A DNA stretch of 64,000 nt from the human T2T-CHM13v2.0 reference genome, Homo sapiens: NCBI RefSeq assembly GCF_009914755.1, contig NC_060938.1, one strand, 5' to 3'. Shown here one piece after another: positions 41,587 through 57,171 of this stretch (within the stretch, counting starts at the first letter, position 1; every line of letters begins with the position of its first letter). Made by a program: the position numbers and the translations under genes. The notes beneath the pieces were generated by a model that made no database searches, was not told the DNA's origin, and saw nothing but the letters and a program-made list of their open reading frames with translations.

Positions 41587-42235
41587 GTATTAATTTATAT
41601 ATTGTGCATGTATGTATTTTTTTTTTGTCCTCAGACCCTAAGGCTGAGATTGTGGTTTTATGTTTCTATACAATTCTGGTTGTTAAAGAAACATCTTCCA
41701 TGTTAATTATGTAGCCACATAACCAGGAGCTTTAAATCAAAGCTCATAATCCTTGCTGCTATGATAGGTTATAAAGATGCTTATATTGTATAAGGCCCAT
41801 TGATCTAAGAATGAAACTTCCGAGCTACATCCAGGATCCTATCGTTTTCATCACCTCAGCTGGCACCACCCTCACTCTCAAGTCACCGTTTTTTCTTTCC
41901 TAATTGTTGTCCTTGCATATATCTTACGTCTGTTCTCAACACATAATCTTTTTAAAATTTTTAATTATTTAAAATCACAAAATCATGGAGTTGTAGTAGA
42001 TAATCCTTCAAGTTTATTCCATACATAAAATTTTAGAGTACTTAAAATTTAGAGTACAATTTCTTTCTATATAGTCTGTGATGACCACTTCTTTTTAACC
42101 TTAGACCTAAGCTTTCATGGTTGGCCTTTTGTAGTCTTTCTTGGTATTGATAGTTGATTTTTTTTTTTTTAATTTTTAACTTTTATAACCTCAGACCTAA
42201 GCTTTCATGGTTGGCCTTTTGGTATTGATAGTTGA

Positions 42236-43919
<1,684 letters not shown>

Positions 43920-45109
43920 CAGAGTTATATTTTTAAAAAGTAAATTACCTCATATCATTCAAACCTTCCAGTGGCTCTTAATTTAACTAAGGTTGAAAAC
44001 CACCAGAGTCTTTGAATTGTCCAACAGGCTCTAAATGATCTTGTTCCCCTCACCTCTCTGCCCTACCATCTAACTACTCTCCCTTTACTCATCTGGATCA
44101 TCCATCAGTATTGAGCCCTTACTGTTTCAGGAGCATACCAGTCCTTCTTCCATCTATATCATTCCCTTTGCTTGGAATGTTCTTTTTCTAGATATGCACT
44201 TGTTTGACATCTCCACCTTCAAATCTTTACTTATTCAGGCTTATTTTGACCCTTCTATTTAATACTCAACCTACCCATTTCCTCCCTCCCACAAACATCA
44301 TTCCCTCTTCTAGGTCTCTTAATTATTATTATTATTATTATTTACTATATTTTTGTAGCATTTTTCACCTTTTATACAATGGAATTTAGTTATTTCTTAT
44401 TTTCATTTTTACTTTCTATCTTCCTTGCCAAAATATAAGCTCCCTGAGGGTGAGGATCTTTAACTTTGTTTGCCAGTCCCTATGTTTAGAAACTGATACA
44501 TAGTAGATAATCAATAAATATTCAGTAAAAAATGAACACTGTTCAAATACATTCAAAATCATAGATTGCATTTTTCATCTCTAATCAGTGATGCAAGTGT
44601 ATATGTGTGCATAATTATAACAATTTAATTATAGATTTCTTATTTGAGAGTGTGATGAGATGGATTATATTATTTTTTGATGAGATATGCTTAAGAAAAT
44701 GTTAGAATGTTTAAAAAGAGAATGTTTTGATTGATTGTTTCCCCTGGCACAACAAACATTTAATGAACAACTACTTTCTCTTACATATTTGAAGTACAAC
44801 ACTGGTAGAGTCATGTCGCAAAAATACCAAAGTTGGGTGGTTGAGGCTGACTTGGAAACAAAAGACCACAGTATAGATTGGTGAGTGCAATAGCAGAATC
44901 ATGCACAAGGAGGAACACTAACATGCAAGAGAGTCATTCACAAAATGGTAGACACTACTGTGGTTAGATCATGATCCAGGTGAATTCAAAGTAAGTCTTG
45001 AGAGTCACCCTGTGTTTTGATATGAAAAGAAATACAGGGAAAACATAGAGAGGAAATAAAAGGAAGCCATGTATGAGGGCTTGAGATTTTGTTGTCTGTT
45101 TTATCCCAG

Positions 45110-45200
45110 GAGGAAGACTAAGTGCTCTGCCTTAACTCAGGCCAGGCTGTGGGCGCAAGTGCACCAACGGCTTTGAGACTAACACACAGCTCAGAACAAG
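45110..45200 (+). ncRNA. Candidate internal non-coding exon (91 nt)
   Basis: Acceptor ttttgttgtctgttttatcccag|G, donor AAG|gtatga; stop codons in all three frames. Confidence 0.3.
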
Positions 45201-45829
45201 GTATGACAAGTGAAGGAGGAAAGAAAGAAAAAAGACAAAAACCAAGAGGAAAACAACTCTCTCGCCTTTTCTCTTCCCATAATCTATAAGGAAAAAAAAA
45301 ATCCACAGGGCCCATTGTGGATACATAAGAGAGGGTAAATGCTCATTCATACTGTAGGATCAGAGATTTAGCCCACTGCTCACAGGATGGAGAAAATTGA
45401 CATAATTGAGTCTATAATCTAAACATCAATTTTGACCAAACAATAAGCAGAAATTGTTTCTATTTATTTATTTAGTTTCAGGTCAAGTTTTGTGCTTGAG
45501 TTAAGTTTCCATGGAAATTCTTACTCCATGCTGTTGTGAAGAGGCAACTCTGTTTCAACAGGCTTTGGATTCCGGTTCAGGCTCCAGCCTGTCTCAAAAT
45601 CTAAACAGAATCCTAAAATCTGTTCCTGCCTCTACCAGAACTTGCTGTATTTTCTTTGCCTCCTGCCACCACACAGTTGGATGGACACCAAGTTTAGAAA
45701 ATTTCAGCCTCAAAGAAACATTTTAAGAAAGTTATGAGCCAGATTCAATTATTTATATAATAAAAAGTATCTCTAAAATAATATTATTGGAATATACCTT
45801 TCAGCACAACTTAAAATAGCTACAAGTGT

Positions 45830-46035
45830 CAGCTCTAGAAGCAGATGGACTTGGGTTTCAATTCCAGTTTTGCCATTTATTAGCTATTTTAACTGTGACT
45901 TAATTTTCCTATCTGTAAAATGGGGGTAATAATTAGAATGACATCCTAGAGCTATTGAAACAGTCTAATGCGATAATTTATGTGCAGTGCTGAGCAAAGT
46001 GCCTGGTTCCTAAATAATGCTTAACAAATCCATCA
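45830..46035 (+). mobile_element. MIR
   Basis: 'cttgggtttcaattccagttttgccatttattagct', 'atctgtaaaatggggg', 'agtgctgagcaaagtgcctgg'. Confidence 0.8.
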
Positions 46036-47889
46036 TAATTGCTGTCATGATGGTTATAATTTCCAACCATCAACTCTCAGCATATACATTTTATGAATTT
46101 TCAAACAGTAAACTAACATCCAAGCATTCGTTTAGTTTTCCGTGAGCACAATGAACCCATTGGTTCCCATCATCTCCGTGGCATATCTTCTTTCCCTGGA
46201 GAGAAGAGCAGTAAATAAAAATGACAATGACAATTATTTTTGCAAGAGTTTCCTGAACAAAAGGATAAGAGTGAAATGTTTGTTAGTAAACTTCAGCTCC
46301 ATGGTGAGAAGATGTTATTAGCAGAAGCTGATTAAAAAACAAAATTTTGATAATTTTAAAAGGTAAATCATTTAAGATCCTTCACGCTGTAGTATAACAT
46401 AGGCAAGTGCATTGATTTGGAAATAACAGTCTTATTTACTAATTACAGAAGCTATTCATTTTGTACATACTGCACTCCCTTTCTTTCCCCTCTCTTTCAC
46501 CCCCTCATTAATAGATTTAGAACTGACAGTGCTTTCACTTCTAAGTATAAAGAATAATTTTCTTCTGAACATAGAGACAACGATGAAATCAAAGTTTAAA
46601 ATATAGTCCTCTTCTAACAGCGATTCAGATTTCCATTAAACCTCCTCCCACCCTCTCAAATTAAAGTTTGAAAAGCAGAGCTCAGAAATAAACTGACAGG
46701 CACTAGTGCTTCGTTCATTTCCAGCAAGGAAGCACCAATTTGATTCCTACCATAACAATTTTTGCTGTTGCCAGTGCATCAGATTTTTTTAACACAGCTT
46801 CTCAAGTGATAGAAATCATCCCGTCACTTTGTTTCATAAAATTGACACCCTGGGGAAATGCAAAATATAGTAAGAACTTGAGCAAAGCTTCTCCTCCAAC
46901 CCCTGCTAGGTATTCCTGAAATCCTTTTTTTCCTCTTAAACGAATGTCATCAATCCCAATTGCTTGTTGTTCTTTTCTCCTTGTTCTGCTCATGTGCTAC
47001 AACATCCCTTGGCTTCCCTGAGCACAAGAGTTGGTGTTTTTAAAAGTGTTACTCATAGATAGGATTCTACTGCTGGCTGATTGGAATGCAGCGACAAATA
47101 AAAAAAAAGAAACTTGATGAAATTATTTCACACACAGAGCAATAAACATATGGAATAAATTACTACAGAAGACGATTCAAAGAGTTTAAGAAACACCTGG
47201 ATTTGTTTCTGGAGGCAGTCGATTGGAGAGTAGCATTAGAAACAGGAGGGTGAAATAAAAGCAACACTCAAGAAGCCAAGAGTCAGGGCTCTAACCTCTT
47301 GTTGAAATGGCACCTCCTCTTGCAGTTGCTGCACAGGAGTCTATTAGGGAAAGACTTCTCGAATACACTGGGAACAAGTCAGACTAAGTCACAGGAGCTA
47401 CCTTTCTAAAGGGGCTGGTCACTGGATTTCACTAAAGGAAGTAAATGCTGGAAGATTCTTCTCAATCCAGAAAGAGGGGAATAATGTCTGAATATGCAGG
47501 AACTGAAACTCAGCAATTGGTTTGAGATCTGGTGAAGGCTTACCATTTTAGCCACATCTCAGACCTCTTTCCACCACCCTTCCTCCCTATTCTCCAGGCA
47601 TATTCCGACTGTTCAGACATGATTGACGCCCCTCCCAATCTGTACGCATGTTGCTGTTACTTTTCCCAAATCTTCCCTTCATTCTTCAGTACCGAGGTCA
47701 CCCTTTCTGTGACATCTCAGTTTATATTAATGTCTCCCTCTGTGTCCTATACCAGATGCAAAATATCTTTATGTGTTTATTAATCTTCACCTCAGCACTC
47801 CACAAAGTGCCTGGCTCATAGGAGATGTTTAGCATATAAAACATTTATTTTGTCTTACTTTGTTCCAGAGAAGAATTAAAGTGTTTGAT

Positions 47890-48165
47890 AAAATAATAGC
47901 TAACATTACCAAGCCTTTAACATGTGCCAGGCACTGTTCCAAGTGCTTCGCATGTTTTAACTCATTTGGTGCTCATAACAGCACTGAGGATGAGCAAGTT
48001 TGCGATGTAGGTATTAATGTTATCCCTATTTTGAAAGTGAGGAAATAGAGGTGCAGAGATTTGGGCTAACTTGCCCATGGTCAGCCAGCTAGGGAAGAGC
48101 AAAATTTGGGTTGGCCTCAGCCAGAGGTTAGTTGGTTCCAGAGGCAGTATTCTTGACCATGACTC
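47890..48165 (-). mobile_element. MIR
   Basis: 'tgtgccaggcactgttccaagtgct', 'tgaggaaatagagg', 'aacttgcccatggtca'. Confidence 0.85.
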
Positions 48166-48619
48166 TGACTACCTGAATGCCTAATGTAGCAAGGAGACAA
48201 AAATAGGAGAAAGTGATACGAAATAAACAGCTGAGGTCACAAACAAACTCTTAATTAGGCTAATTAAAAAGGCATATTGTAATGCCCTATACACATTTTA
48301 TTATTCATAATCCAATTTAAGAGATAAACTTTATCAATTCGTTAGTTAAATGATGAAACAAAAGCAAATCAGTTACTCAGGAGGTTATTCTTGATAACAA
48401 AACCTGAATTTTTTTATCCTATGCGGTTCATAGAAGACAATGGTGCATTAAATTGTTCCTTTATTCAACCATCCAAGTGTTCACCTATCCAAATAGCAGA
48501 CCTAGGTATTTAAGCAGCTAGGAATAGTGGGTTTCAGGACAAACACTTTGTAAAAGTATATATGACTATACAAAATGATATGCACTGATTTTACATATCT
48601 AAATGGACAGTAGACATCC

Positions 48620-48930
48620 AATCATTCAACAAATAGACGTTGAACCTCTACAGTGTGTCAGGTGTTATTCTAGGTCCTAATGACTCAGTGATGAACCAAA
48701 AAAAGGTATCGTTCCCCTTTTGGTTCATCATATTGCCCTCATGGAGCTTAAGTTCTAGATGAAGAGGCAAATGATAAACAAATGATAATGTCAGGTGGGG
48801 TTAACAGCTAGAAATTAAATAAAACATTATGAGGATAAAGAATAACTAGGGAAAGGGGGACTCTCTTTTAGAAAATATGGTTAGGAAATATCTCTCTGAA
48901 AAGATAATAACTAAACAGAGACCTGAGTCA
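48620..48930 (-). mobile_element. L2 3' end
   Basis: 'cattcaacaaat...gtgtcaggtgttattctagg', 'tgccctcatggagctta'. Confidence 0.8.
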
Positions 48931-51900
48931 AAAAAGATATCAGAGACTGTTTTCTACTTTTTCCTTAATTATTCCAGCTGGAAATCCAGATGAAATGTTA
49001 TCACTTATTTGTGTAACTTCAGGCAATAGAGAAAAAATGTATTTGATGATTTGTTCTGTAAATCATCCTTTCTTCCTGATATGTTCCTTTATTAGTGGTA
49101 AATACAAATTTTTTGGAGGCCTGAATATAAGCAAATGAAGACAAAGAATGGGGTAAATTTGATACCCACCAATCCAGCAACAGTCTGTAGAGTGGTGTGA
49201 TTAATTTAGTCTAGTAAAAATCCAAAAGCCTACACTGACCATCAAAAGGAAGACAATTAGAAAAATAATTAGAAATCTTAGAGGTGAACTATATCACACC
49301 TATTTCAAAACACTTGTTCAATTTGGTTTTCAAATAATAGGATTTGGTGGGGCCTGATGGCTAAGAAGTATTTTAATAAATGGTCCAACTTTGGGAAATA
49401 TAATGTTTTGATCAGATGCTACAGGTTATTATATTCAACTTATGAAAATATTTAAGAATTCTAGACCTGGGTGTTTGTCATACCTGTCATTGCTGGTCAT
49501 TTCACATGTGAGTATGGAAAATCTGTATGACCAAGGGAAAAAAATAAAAGTGTTAATTTATTAATGCATGTGTTTTTAACATGCACTCTAGATTAATTCT
49601 GCTTTTCAGAAGAGTCACTCATTCTTTTTTTATTTCCTCCCACCTTGTACTTTGTCGAGCAATCAGCTATCTATTTTCTAACACTGCACACTAAAACTAG
49701 GGAAATTCTTCCTATATTATGATTCAATAACTGTCAGATATCAGATTATTTTAAGAAACTGAAGTTTTAGTCTTTAAATGTTACCAACTTTCTCCCCTAT
49801 ACCTTACAAGTTTGTGTTTCATTTGGGACCACATTAAGTGAAGATGGCTCCAAACTGCATGTCATTATTTATGTAAAAAAGGATGTCGTTGTACATTTTT
49901 AGGTGCAAGTGGCTGGACCTTCTATTATTTTAATATTAGCGGTGTTTCTGTTCAATGCGAATTTCAGGAAGAATGCTCTGTAGTGAAAGGGAACGAAAAG
50001 CATAGACATTTATTTTCTTCTCCAGAATAATAATGCCCTATGGGATTTTGTCATTGGAAGGACCCGGGTCCTAAGTATTAGAATGCTCTGAGATAAACAA
50101 TACAAATGGAACCAAAAGCCGAGGGAGAAAAAGATTTCAAAGCTGACAACCTAGACTAAGACGAAAGATTTTAAGTGTGTGTCTATTTATTTGCTAGGAT
50201 ACATACTAGAACCATGATACTTTCTTTGCAAAGTTAGAGCATGTGCTTAATTTAAACGCACTGTTTCAGCATCCAAGTAACTACCATATATGGGTGGGGT
50301 AGTGAGGCAAATTAGGTGTTGGAATCATACGATGTTACATAGACCCCAGCATAAGGAAGAGGCTAGAGCTTTGTGAGTGCAGTTGCTTATGTACTATATA
50401 GTGCTTTCCGTATTTATAAAACTGGAGCATACGTTCTATTGCTCTTGTTCTTAGATTTTCAGACAGCCATAATTTCCGGTCTTTTGTTTGAAATGAAGGC
50501 CTGCCTGGAAAAATTGAGGGTGCTGCCAGGCTTACTAAAAGACATATTTTGTAGCACACTATATTCTTTACTCCGCTATTCCCCATACCCCCAACTCTCG
50601 GGTGTAGGGGGAAGGGCACAAGGTTTGAGAAGGATGTAAATTATGAAACTGAAAGCACATTAAAGCAATTTATGTACAGAATCTTTTCAGATGTCCTCTT
50701 AGCCAGAAAACACGGACATATACTAGTGTATTCTAATATATTATCCATGCATACGTTGAAGACTATGTTCCTGGAGTGAAATTATTTGTGAAATGCAAGT
50801 TACATTTTGATTCCTTTTGGAGAAGAAAATAAAAGTTAAAATTTAGGTTATATATCTGGAAGACCAAAGTAGGCAATCAAAATCAAACTTTTACATCAGA
50901 TTCATTTGACACGATTTCAAGATAAACTAAGTTCAGTAAACCTGTTGGCAGAGAAGTATCATTTGTCAAGCGATTAACAGAGACACAATCTGTAATTACA
51001 AATTGCAGAAAGCAGGCCACTAATGAGAGAATGACTCACATTTTGGGGTGAAGAGGGAGGGGTCTCTCAGAAACTGCCATTTGATTTACAAAACTCTAAA
51101 TAGCTAATGGCAGGTAACTCTTGCCAGCTAACCAGCCAACTCTTTCAAGCTCATTAACAGAACTCCATGGTCTCACTAAAGGATAAACCATATGGAGGTG
51201 TCACTAAAAGCTGGAGATGAGAGACTGTAATTTATGTTCAGTCCTCCTGTGAGTCAGTCATATGGGCATTGATTTAAGCCTTTGTTTATCTGACGTGACC
51301 TGTTCTTAAGTAAAAAGAGAAAATAAATTTTTGGGGTTATTGTTTTTTTTTCTATACTATCTTAAACTGCAGTGTTCAACTCATTATTAAACTTTCTTTT
51401 TTCTGTTCTTGTTTCTCCAGCTTCCCATCTTTGTCACATTTTAGTTCTAGCAAAACAATTGAATAATAGCATTATACAGCCCTAATCCATTGTTTGCTTT
51501 GAGCTCTGCTCTTAGAGGGTTGTTAAATTGCTATTCTATGATTTCCCTCGTGATTGCAAACCTGCTGCTCTAAGGTCATTTTTAACTCTTTATTCTCACG
51601 GACCTTGTGAATGTTTGAGGAAGCATAATGTGTGGCAGCATGCCTAGGAATGCACCTTTATAAAGTGTCATTTTGTAGGGGAATCTTTTTATTGAGTCCC
51701 TCTAATCTGAGTACCACAGTAGTGTGCATATATGCAACTGCGATTTCCGCCTGATATCCTTATGATATAAAAAATAAAATACCAAATGAAGATAGTTTTA
51801 AAAAATAGTACTGATGGCTATTTAATGATAAGCAAGTCATCTGTTCTGTCTTTCTATCTCAGTCTTCCCTAGAGGCAAACAGTTTTAACCAGTTTTTCCT

Positions 51901-51944
51901 GAGGGTTTCATTGTGATTTTGTTTCTGTTATATTTCTTTATTTT

Positions 51945-52400
51945 TATTCATCCATTCATTTGCCCAGAAAATATATATTGAGCACCTTCAACATAACAAA
52001 TTGGCTGGGCACTGATGGAACAACTATAAACAAGCCAGACAGCATCACTGTGTTGATGAAACTCACTCTCAAAGGGGAAAGAAAGTGCTTGAAGCAAGGA
52101 CAATACATTGTGAACAATGCATAATGAGAGCTGGCATGCTTGTCAATGGAAGTCATACACAACATCTGCTTGAGTGGTGAGTGGTCAAGGGGTAGAAGAG
52201 GTTTCATAGGGAGGTGATATCTAAGCTAAGTCCTCAGGAATTAGTAAGTGTTTTACAACAGAGGATGGTAGAAGTTCTGGGTTAAGTAGTGAGAAAAATA
52301 TGTTCAAAGGCCCAGAAGCCAGAGCACATAGAATTTTAGAGAATTAAAGTAATTCTGAATGAAGAATTCATTTCAAGAAGCAGGAGAGTGGAAATACCAT
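51945..52400 (-). mobile_element. Degenerate L2 3' end
   Basis: 'ttcatccattcatt...tattgagcacc', 'ggaggtgatatctaagctaagtcct', 'tgttcaaaggcccaga'. Confidence 0.65.
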
Positions 52401-53959
52401 GGAGGCTGAATAATTTCCTATTCAGATTTATTGATATTAAAAGGTGTGTGTGCTTGTGTGTGTGCACACACACACTGTGGCTCGGGAGAGCCATTGAGAT
52501 ACCTGCATGTTGAAACCACGTTGATATTAATCACCCAGAATAATCTGGGGAACAAGAAGGTTGATATTCTAGAAGGGGACACCAAGATGGGAGGGACAGG
52601 CTGCAATTTAAGGGTGATCAAAGAAGACCGATTTGGGTGACACCATGCCAGAAAAGTGGGATGGCATGGATATCACAAAATAGATTTCAGCAATTATAAA
52701 GGGATCAGAAGTGTTAAATGTTTCTATATGGAATGTATTTTGATAGACTATTATCAGTTAAAATACATGTATACCCTCCTAATTGTCTTGAACTACATAC
52801 TCGTAACAAAGCATGGCTGTGCCTGGCCTGCTTCTTCGCACTGATGTCCACCAAAAAATCTTGCTGTGTTAAGCAGATGTCTTACCACACTGCAGGCTTT
52901 CTCCCATTGACACCCATGTGAGAACTCCAACATCTTCTTGGGTGGAAGCTTTGAGTATTTTTTTCTGCAGTTGTGAAAGGCATAATTTTGGGCACTGCTC
53001 ATTCTGTCAATGGTTGCTCTTGCCCTCAGGCGTCACATCTCCTAGTAGAGATTCCTTTAAGTCTTAAGCCTGAGTGTCATCTTTAGTGAAACACTGCTTT
53101 CTTAGGAGATAAATCTGTAGATTTCTCATCTCTTCCTTTTGAGTTAGTCTTGCAGTACTAGAAGAAATCCATCAGAATTTCTAGCATGTGGGTCACACTC
53201 TACTAGTTTCCAGTGATGGTACACATTTTTACGTTATTAAAATTTCATCCTATAGATTATTTCCAAGAAAACATGAAAGAGGGATTATTAGAACAGGCAT
53301 TGTCATTTTACCTGGAGATGTTCAACTATTTTACTATATCAAACCTGATAGGTTCAATTTAGGACTCCATAAGTCAGCAAAATGACTTAACATTGCAGAG
53401 AAGTAAATTAAAATATATTTCCTACAGATTAATGCAAACTAAACAATATTCTAGAATTCAAGTTAAGTTTCCCCTCAATTAGCCAGATAAAACTATGGAC
53501 ATGGCTCTTCTTGATCTCCTTCAGATCCCTTCTCCCCTTATTATTCCAGTTTCAGGGTCTCTGGCTCCTCCTCATGTGCTTCACATACTTCCTGCAGAGA
53601 ACTTGCTATATCATATTTGGTTCTTACATTAGTTGTCCAAATATTTTGAATCTCTCTAATTGCAGTTGCTCAATTCATGATTAAATTTACAAGGATGTTG
53701 CATTATACTTACAAGGATTTTTATTCTTCTCCAGTATATGTTCTTATAAGACACCGGCTAGATCGCTTCATCTCTCCATTTTATTTTATGAATATGGCAT
53801 TTGGGCAGATGTATTTCAGATTTTGGATTGAGAACAGCCTTTAAAGTCTCCACCAATAAGTCCGTGAAACTCTCTCTCAGGTTATTAGCCATCCACCCTA
53901 TGAATGATAATCCAGTGTTTTATTGCTACCCAGGTGAGTGGGTCCACTATTCTTCCATC

Positions 53960-54240
53960 TCAGTCTCAATGGCAGCTCCTCAGAAAAGCCTTCCCTGACC
54001 ACCTTGTCTGAGTAAGCGTTCTCTTAGTGTCTTGCCTATTATTACACAATGCTTATTTTCTTCATAGAACTAAGCATCATTTGTAATCATTAGTTGCTTT
54101 TTTGTTTGTTTGTTTCTCTCACTAACCTTTAAGTTGTGTGGGTACAAAAATGGTAACTTTTGGATTGCTACCATATTCTAGATAATACATCTTTAGAATG
54201 TCTTGATATTTAAAATGTATTTGTTCAATAAATGAAGGAA
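53960..54240 (+). mobile_element. L2 3' end
   Basis: 'cctcagaaaagccttccctgaccacc'...'ttcaataaatgaagg'. Confidence 0.65.
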
Positions 54241-54271
54241 CAAATACATTGTGTAGAATGGCATATGTTGG

Positions 54272-54656
54272 TGATATGGTTTGGGTCTGTGTCCCCACCC
54301 AAATCTCATGTTGTTGAATTATAATCCCCAATGTTGGAGGAGGGCCCTGGTGGTAGGTGAATGGATCATGAAGGTGGATTTCCCCCTTACTGTTCTCATA
54401 ATCCTGAGTGAGTTCTCATGAGATCTGGTTGTTTAACAGTGTGTAGTACGTCCCTCTTCACTCTCTTCCTCCTTGTCTGGACATTTAAGAGGTACCTGTT
54501 TCCCCTTTGCCTTCTACCATGATTGTCAGTTTCCTGAGGCCTCCCCAGCCAGGCTTCCTGTACAGTCTGTGGAACTGTGGGTAAATTAAACCTCTTCTTT
54601 ATACATTATCCAGTCTCAGGTAATTTTTTATAGCAATGCAAGAATGGACTAATAGA
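54272..54656 (+). mobile_element. MSTA solo LTR (MaLR)
   Basis: 'tgatatggtttgggtctgtgtccccacccaaatctcatg'...'gaatggactaataga'; perfect 5-bp TSD gttgg. Confidence 0.93.
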
Positions 54657-56092
54657 GTTGGAGATAATACATCTCCAGCTGTGTATTTAATTTTCAACAT
54701 ATCAACTTAAAATTTTATTAAGCAACCATGACCGTATGTGATTTTTGGAATATACTATCAAAAGCAAAATATCTATGGAATAAAATAAGACGTTTATGCT
54801 AACAGTTAAATGCCTTAGTTGGAAATAAGAGGGCATCTTATGTTTTATTTTATATGAAATTAATTGAGCAATAAGTTGATAGGAGGCTTTTCAGTCTGAG
54901 GTATATAGAGGTGCCTGTTCACCCACTAAGATTCTCATACAGTTTAAAATCTGATTAAAAATGCACTCCTCATAATTTAATTAGGCTTTTAGAAAGTTAA
55001 CACATCATCAGCATACCATACTCATTAATGAGCAATTATATATGAGAAAAACAATGTGGTCCAGTAAAAAGGTCCATGATTTGAAGATAGGTATTCAACC
55101 ATCCCTCTACCCATCTACCCATCAATCCTGCACTCCTCTTTTCATTCAACAAACACACTGAATATTCAATGACCACAGTTACATGCTGTGCCACTTGCTA
55201 GATTTGAAAGGATAATGTTCTGCATACTAGATATGTACCCTGGGCAATTACTTAATATCCTCAGTTACAAAATGTTATGCATGATTGTAAGAAAAGATGT
55301 ATAATTAAAGCACAGCATCCGATACTCAAAAAGGCCGTGAGAATATGGAAATGCCTTCAGTTTTCCAAGAAGATTTTAATTCTATGGTTACATCATGGAA
55401 TCTACATACAAAGAATTCCAAAACTGAAACAACATTGGCTAGCAATTTTTAAAATTTATTTAAAAAACTAGTATTTACAAACTAATTACAACATAATTGG
55501 ATGGCTAGAGAACTTAAAGTTTACCATTTTTGATGAAAACTGAAATCAGAAGCCTTGAGTATTACTTGTGGGCCATCTAATTGGACATTTTTTGATACAA
55601 AGGCAAAAATGAAAACCAACATTGGATAAGAAATGTATAGAACAAACATACTAGTTTTCTCTATCTCTAGGTGGACTGTAAGAGAATGAAAGAGTATTGC
55701 TTTTTCAGTAGGAGCTTTGCCTTTTGCTAAATCTTTCCAAGCTGTCAACTTTTGCTATTGCTTGAAATTTGAGTACTGCTGCTTTTTACTTATCATTTTC
55801 CAGCATCTTCTAGCAATATTGTGCAAAAGACAAATAATTCTGATGAAGACATTGTAGAATTTCTCAAAAAATAAATAAATTGCTCATTTTAAGATATAAA
55901 TAATTAAAATCAAGCATATATTTTTGCTATTCAAGACTCTGTATTATTTCCCTTGTATAATAGCCAGATAAATTATGAAAGAAATGTCTTTCCTTTAAAA
56001 ATTTTTAAAATTTCCTTCTCTAATATTTCAAACAATAAGAAAACTACTAAAAGTCATATGCCAGATATGAATGTTAATATTTTGCCATGTTT

Positions 56093-56151
56093 ACTCCTGC
56101 CTCAGCCTCCCAAAGTGCTGGGAAAACAGGCATGATTCATTGCACTTGATC
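56093..56151 (-). mobile_element. Isolated Alu 5'-end fragment
   Basis: 'ctcctgcctcagcctcccaaagtgctggg..aggcatga'. Confidence 0.75.
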
Positions 56152-56602
56152 TCTTATTGTTTTCTTAAAAAAGGAAATAAAGGGACACAAATAAAGTTAT
56201 AGACTAATTTCTTCCAATCCACTACCTTCCCTCTCTTCCAAGAGACAAATGTTGTCATAAAACTGATATGATTCCAAAACATTTTTAAAATATTTTCTGT
56301 ATATGTATGTATCTATAAACCATATATTCTATTTTTGTGTTTAATATTATTCATAAGTGGTGTGTTTCTAAATTTTATATTTTGTAATTTTATTATTTTT
56401 TTACGTTGCATTTTGAGGTGTATAGATGTTGCAACATGTAGATAAAGTTACTCATTTTAACTTCTAGATTCCGCTATTTCCCTGTATGCATAAATCTGAG
56501 ACAATAAATTTGTTTCTATTCTGTCACGTTAAAAACAGTCTTGCAATGAACACCATGGATTTGTCTTTAGTTACACATATGCGAGAGTTTCTCAAGAAAG
56601 AC

Positions 56603-56711
56603 CACATGCCTGTAGTCCAAGCTACTCAGGAGACTAAGGTGGGTGTTGAGGCTGGGAGGTTGAGACTACTGCTTGGGCGACACAATGAGACTCTGTCAAA
56701 AAAAAAAAAAA
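56603..56711 (+). mobile_element. 5'-truncated Alu (right monomer, with internal deletions)
   Basis: 'catgcctgtagtccaagctactcaggag...tgggcgacacaatgagactctgtc' plus A tail; candidate TSD aagaaagac at 56594-56602 and 57164-57172. Confidence 0.85.
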
Positions 56712-57171
56712 AGAAGAAAGAGAGAAAGAAAGAAAAAAAGAAGAAAGAGAGAGAAAGAAAAAGAAAGAAAAAAGAGGGAGGGAGGGAAGTAGGAAAGGAG
56801 GGAGGGAGGAGAGAGAGAGAAAGAAAGAGAGAAAGAAAGAGAAGGAAACAAAGAGAAAGAAAGAGAAAGAAGGAAACAAAGAGAAAGAAAGAGAAAGAAG
56901 GAAAGAAAGAGAAAGAAGGAAAGAAAGAGAAAGAGAAAGGGAAAGAAAGAAAGAGAGGGAAGGAGGGAGGGAGGAAGGAGAGAGAAGAAAGAAAAAAAGA
57001 GAAAAGGGAGAAAGAAGGAAGGAAAGAAAAAGAAACAGAGAAAGAGAAAGAAGGAAAGGAAAGGAAGGGAAGAAAGGAAGAAAGAAAGAAACAAAGAGAA
57101 AGAAAGGAAAGAAAGAAAGAAAAGAAAGAGAGAGAGATCGGAAGAAAAGAAAGGAAGAAAAGTAAGAAAGA
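56698..57171. repeat. ~470-nt GA-rich polypurine low-complexity tract (GAAA/GGAA/GGGA units)
   Basis: Read directly; only a handful of pyrimidines. Confidence 0.97.

Noticed and set aside
56093-56711. Alu 5' piece (-) and Alu 3' piece (+) as the ends of a local inversion
   Set aside because: The L1ME sequence between and after them keeps the same orientation and is collinear, so they are independent fragments
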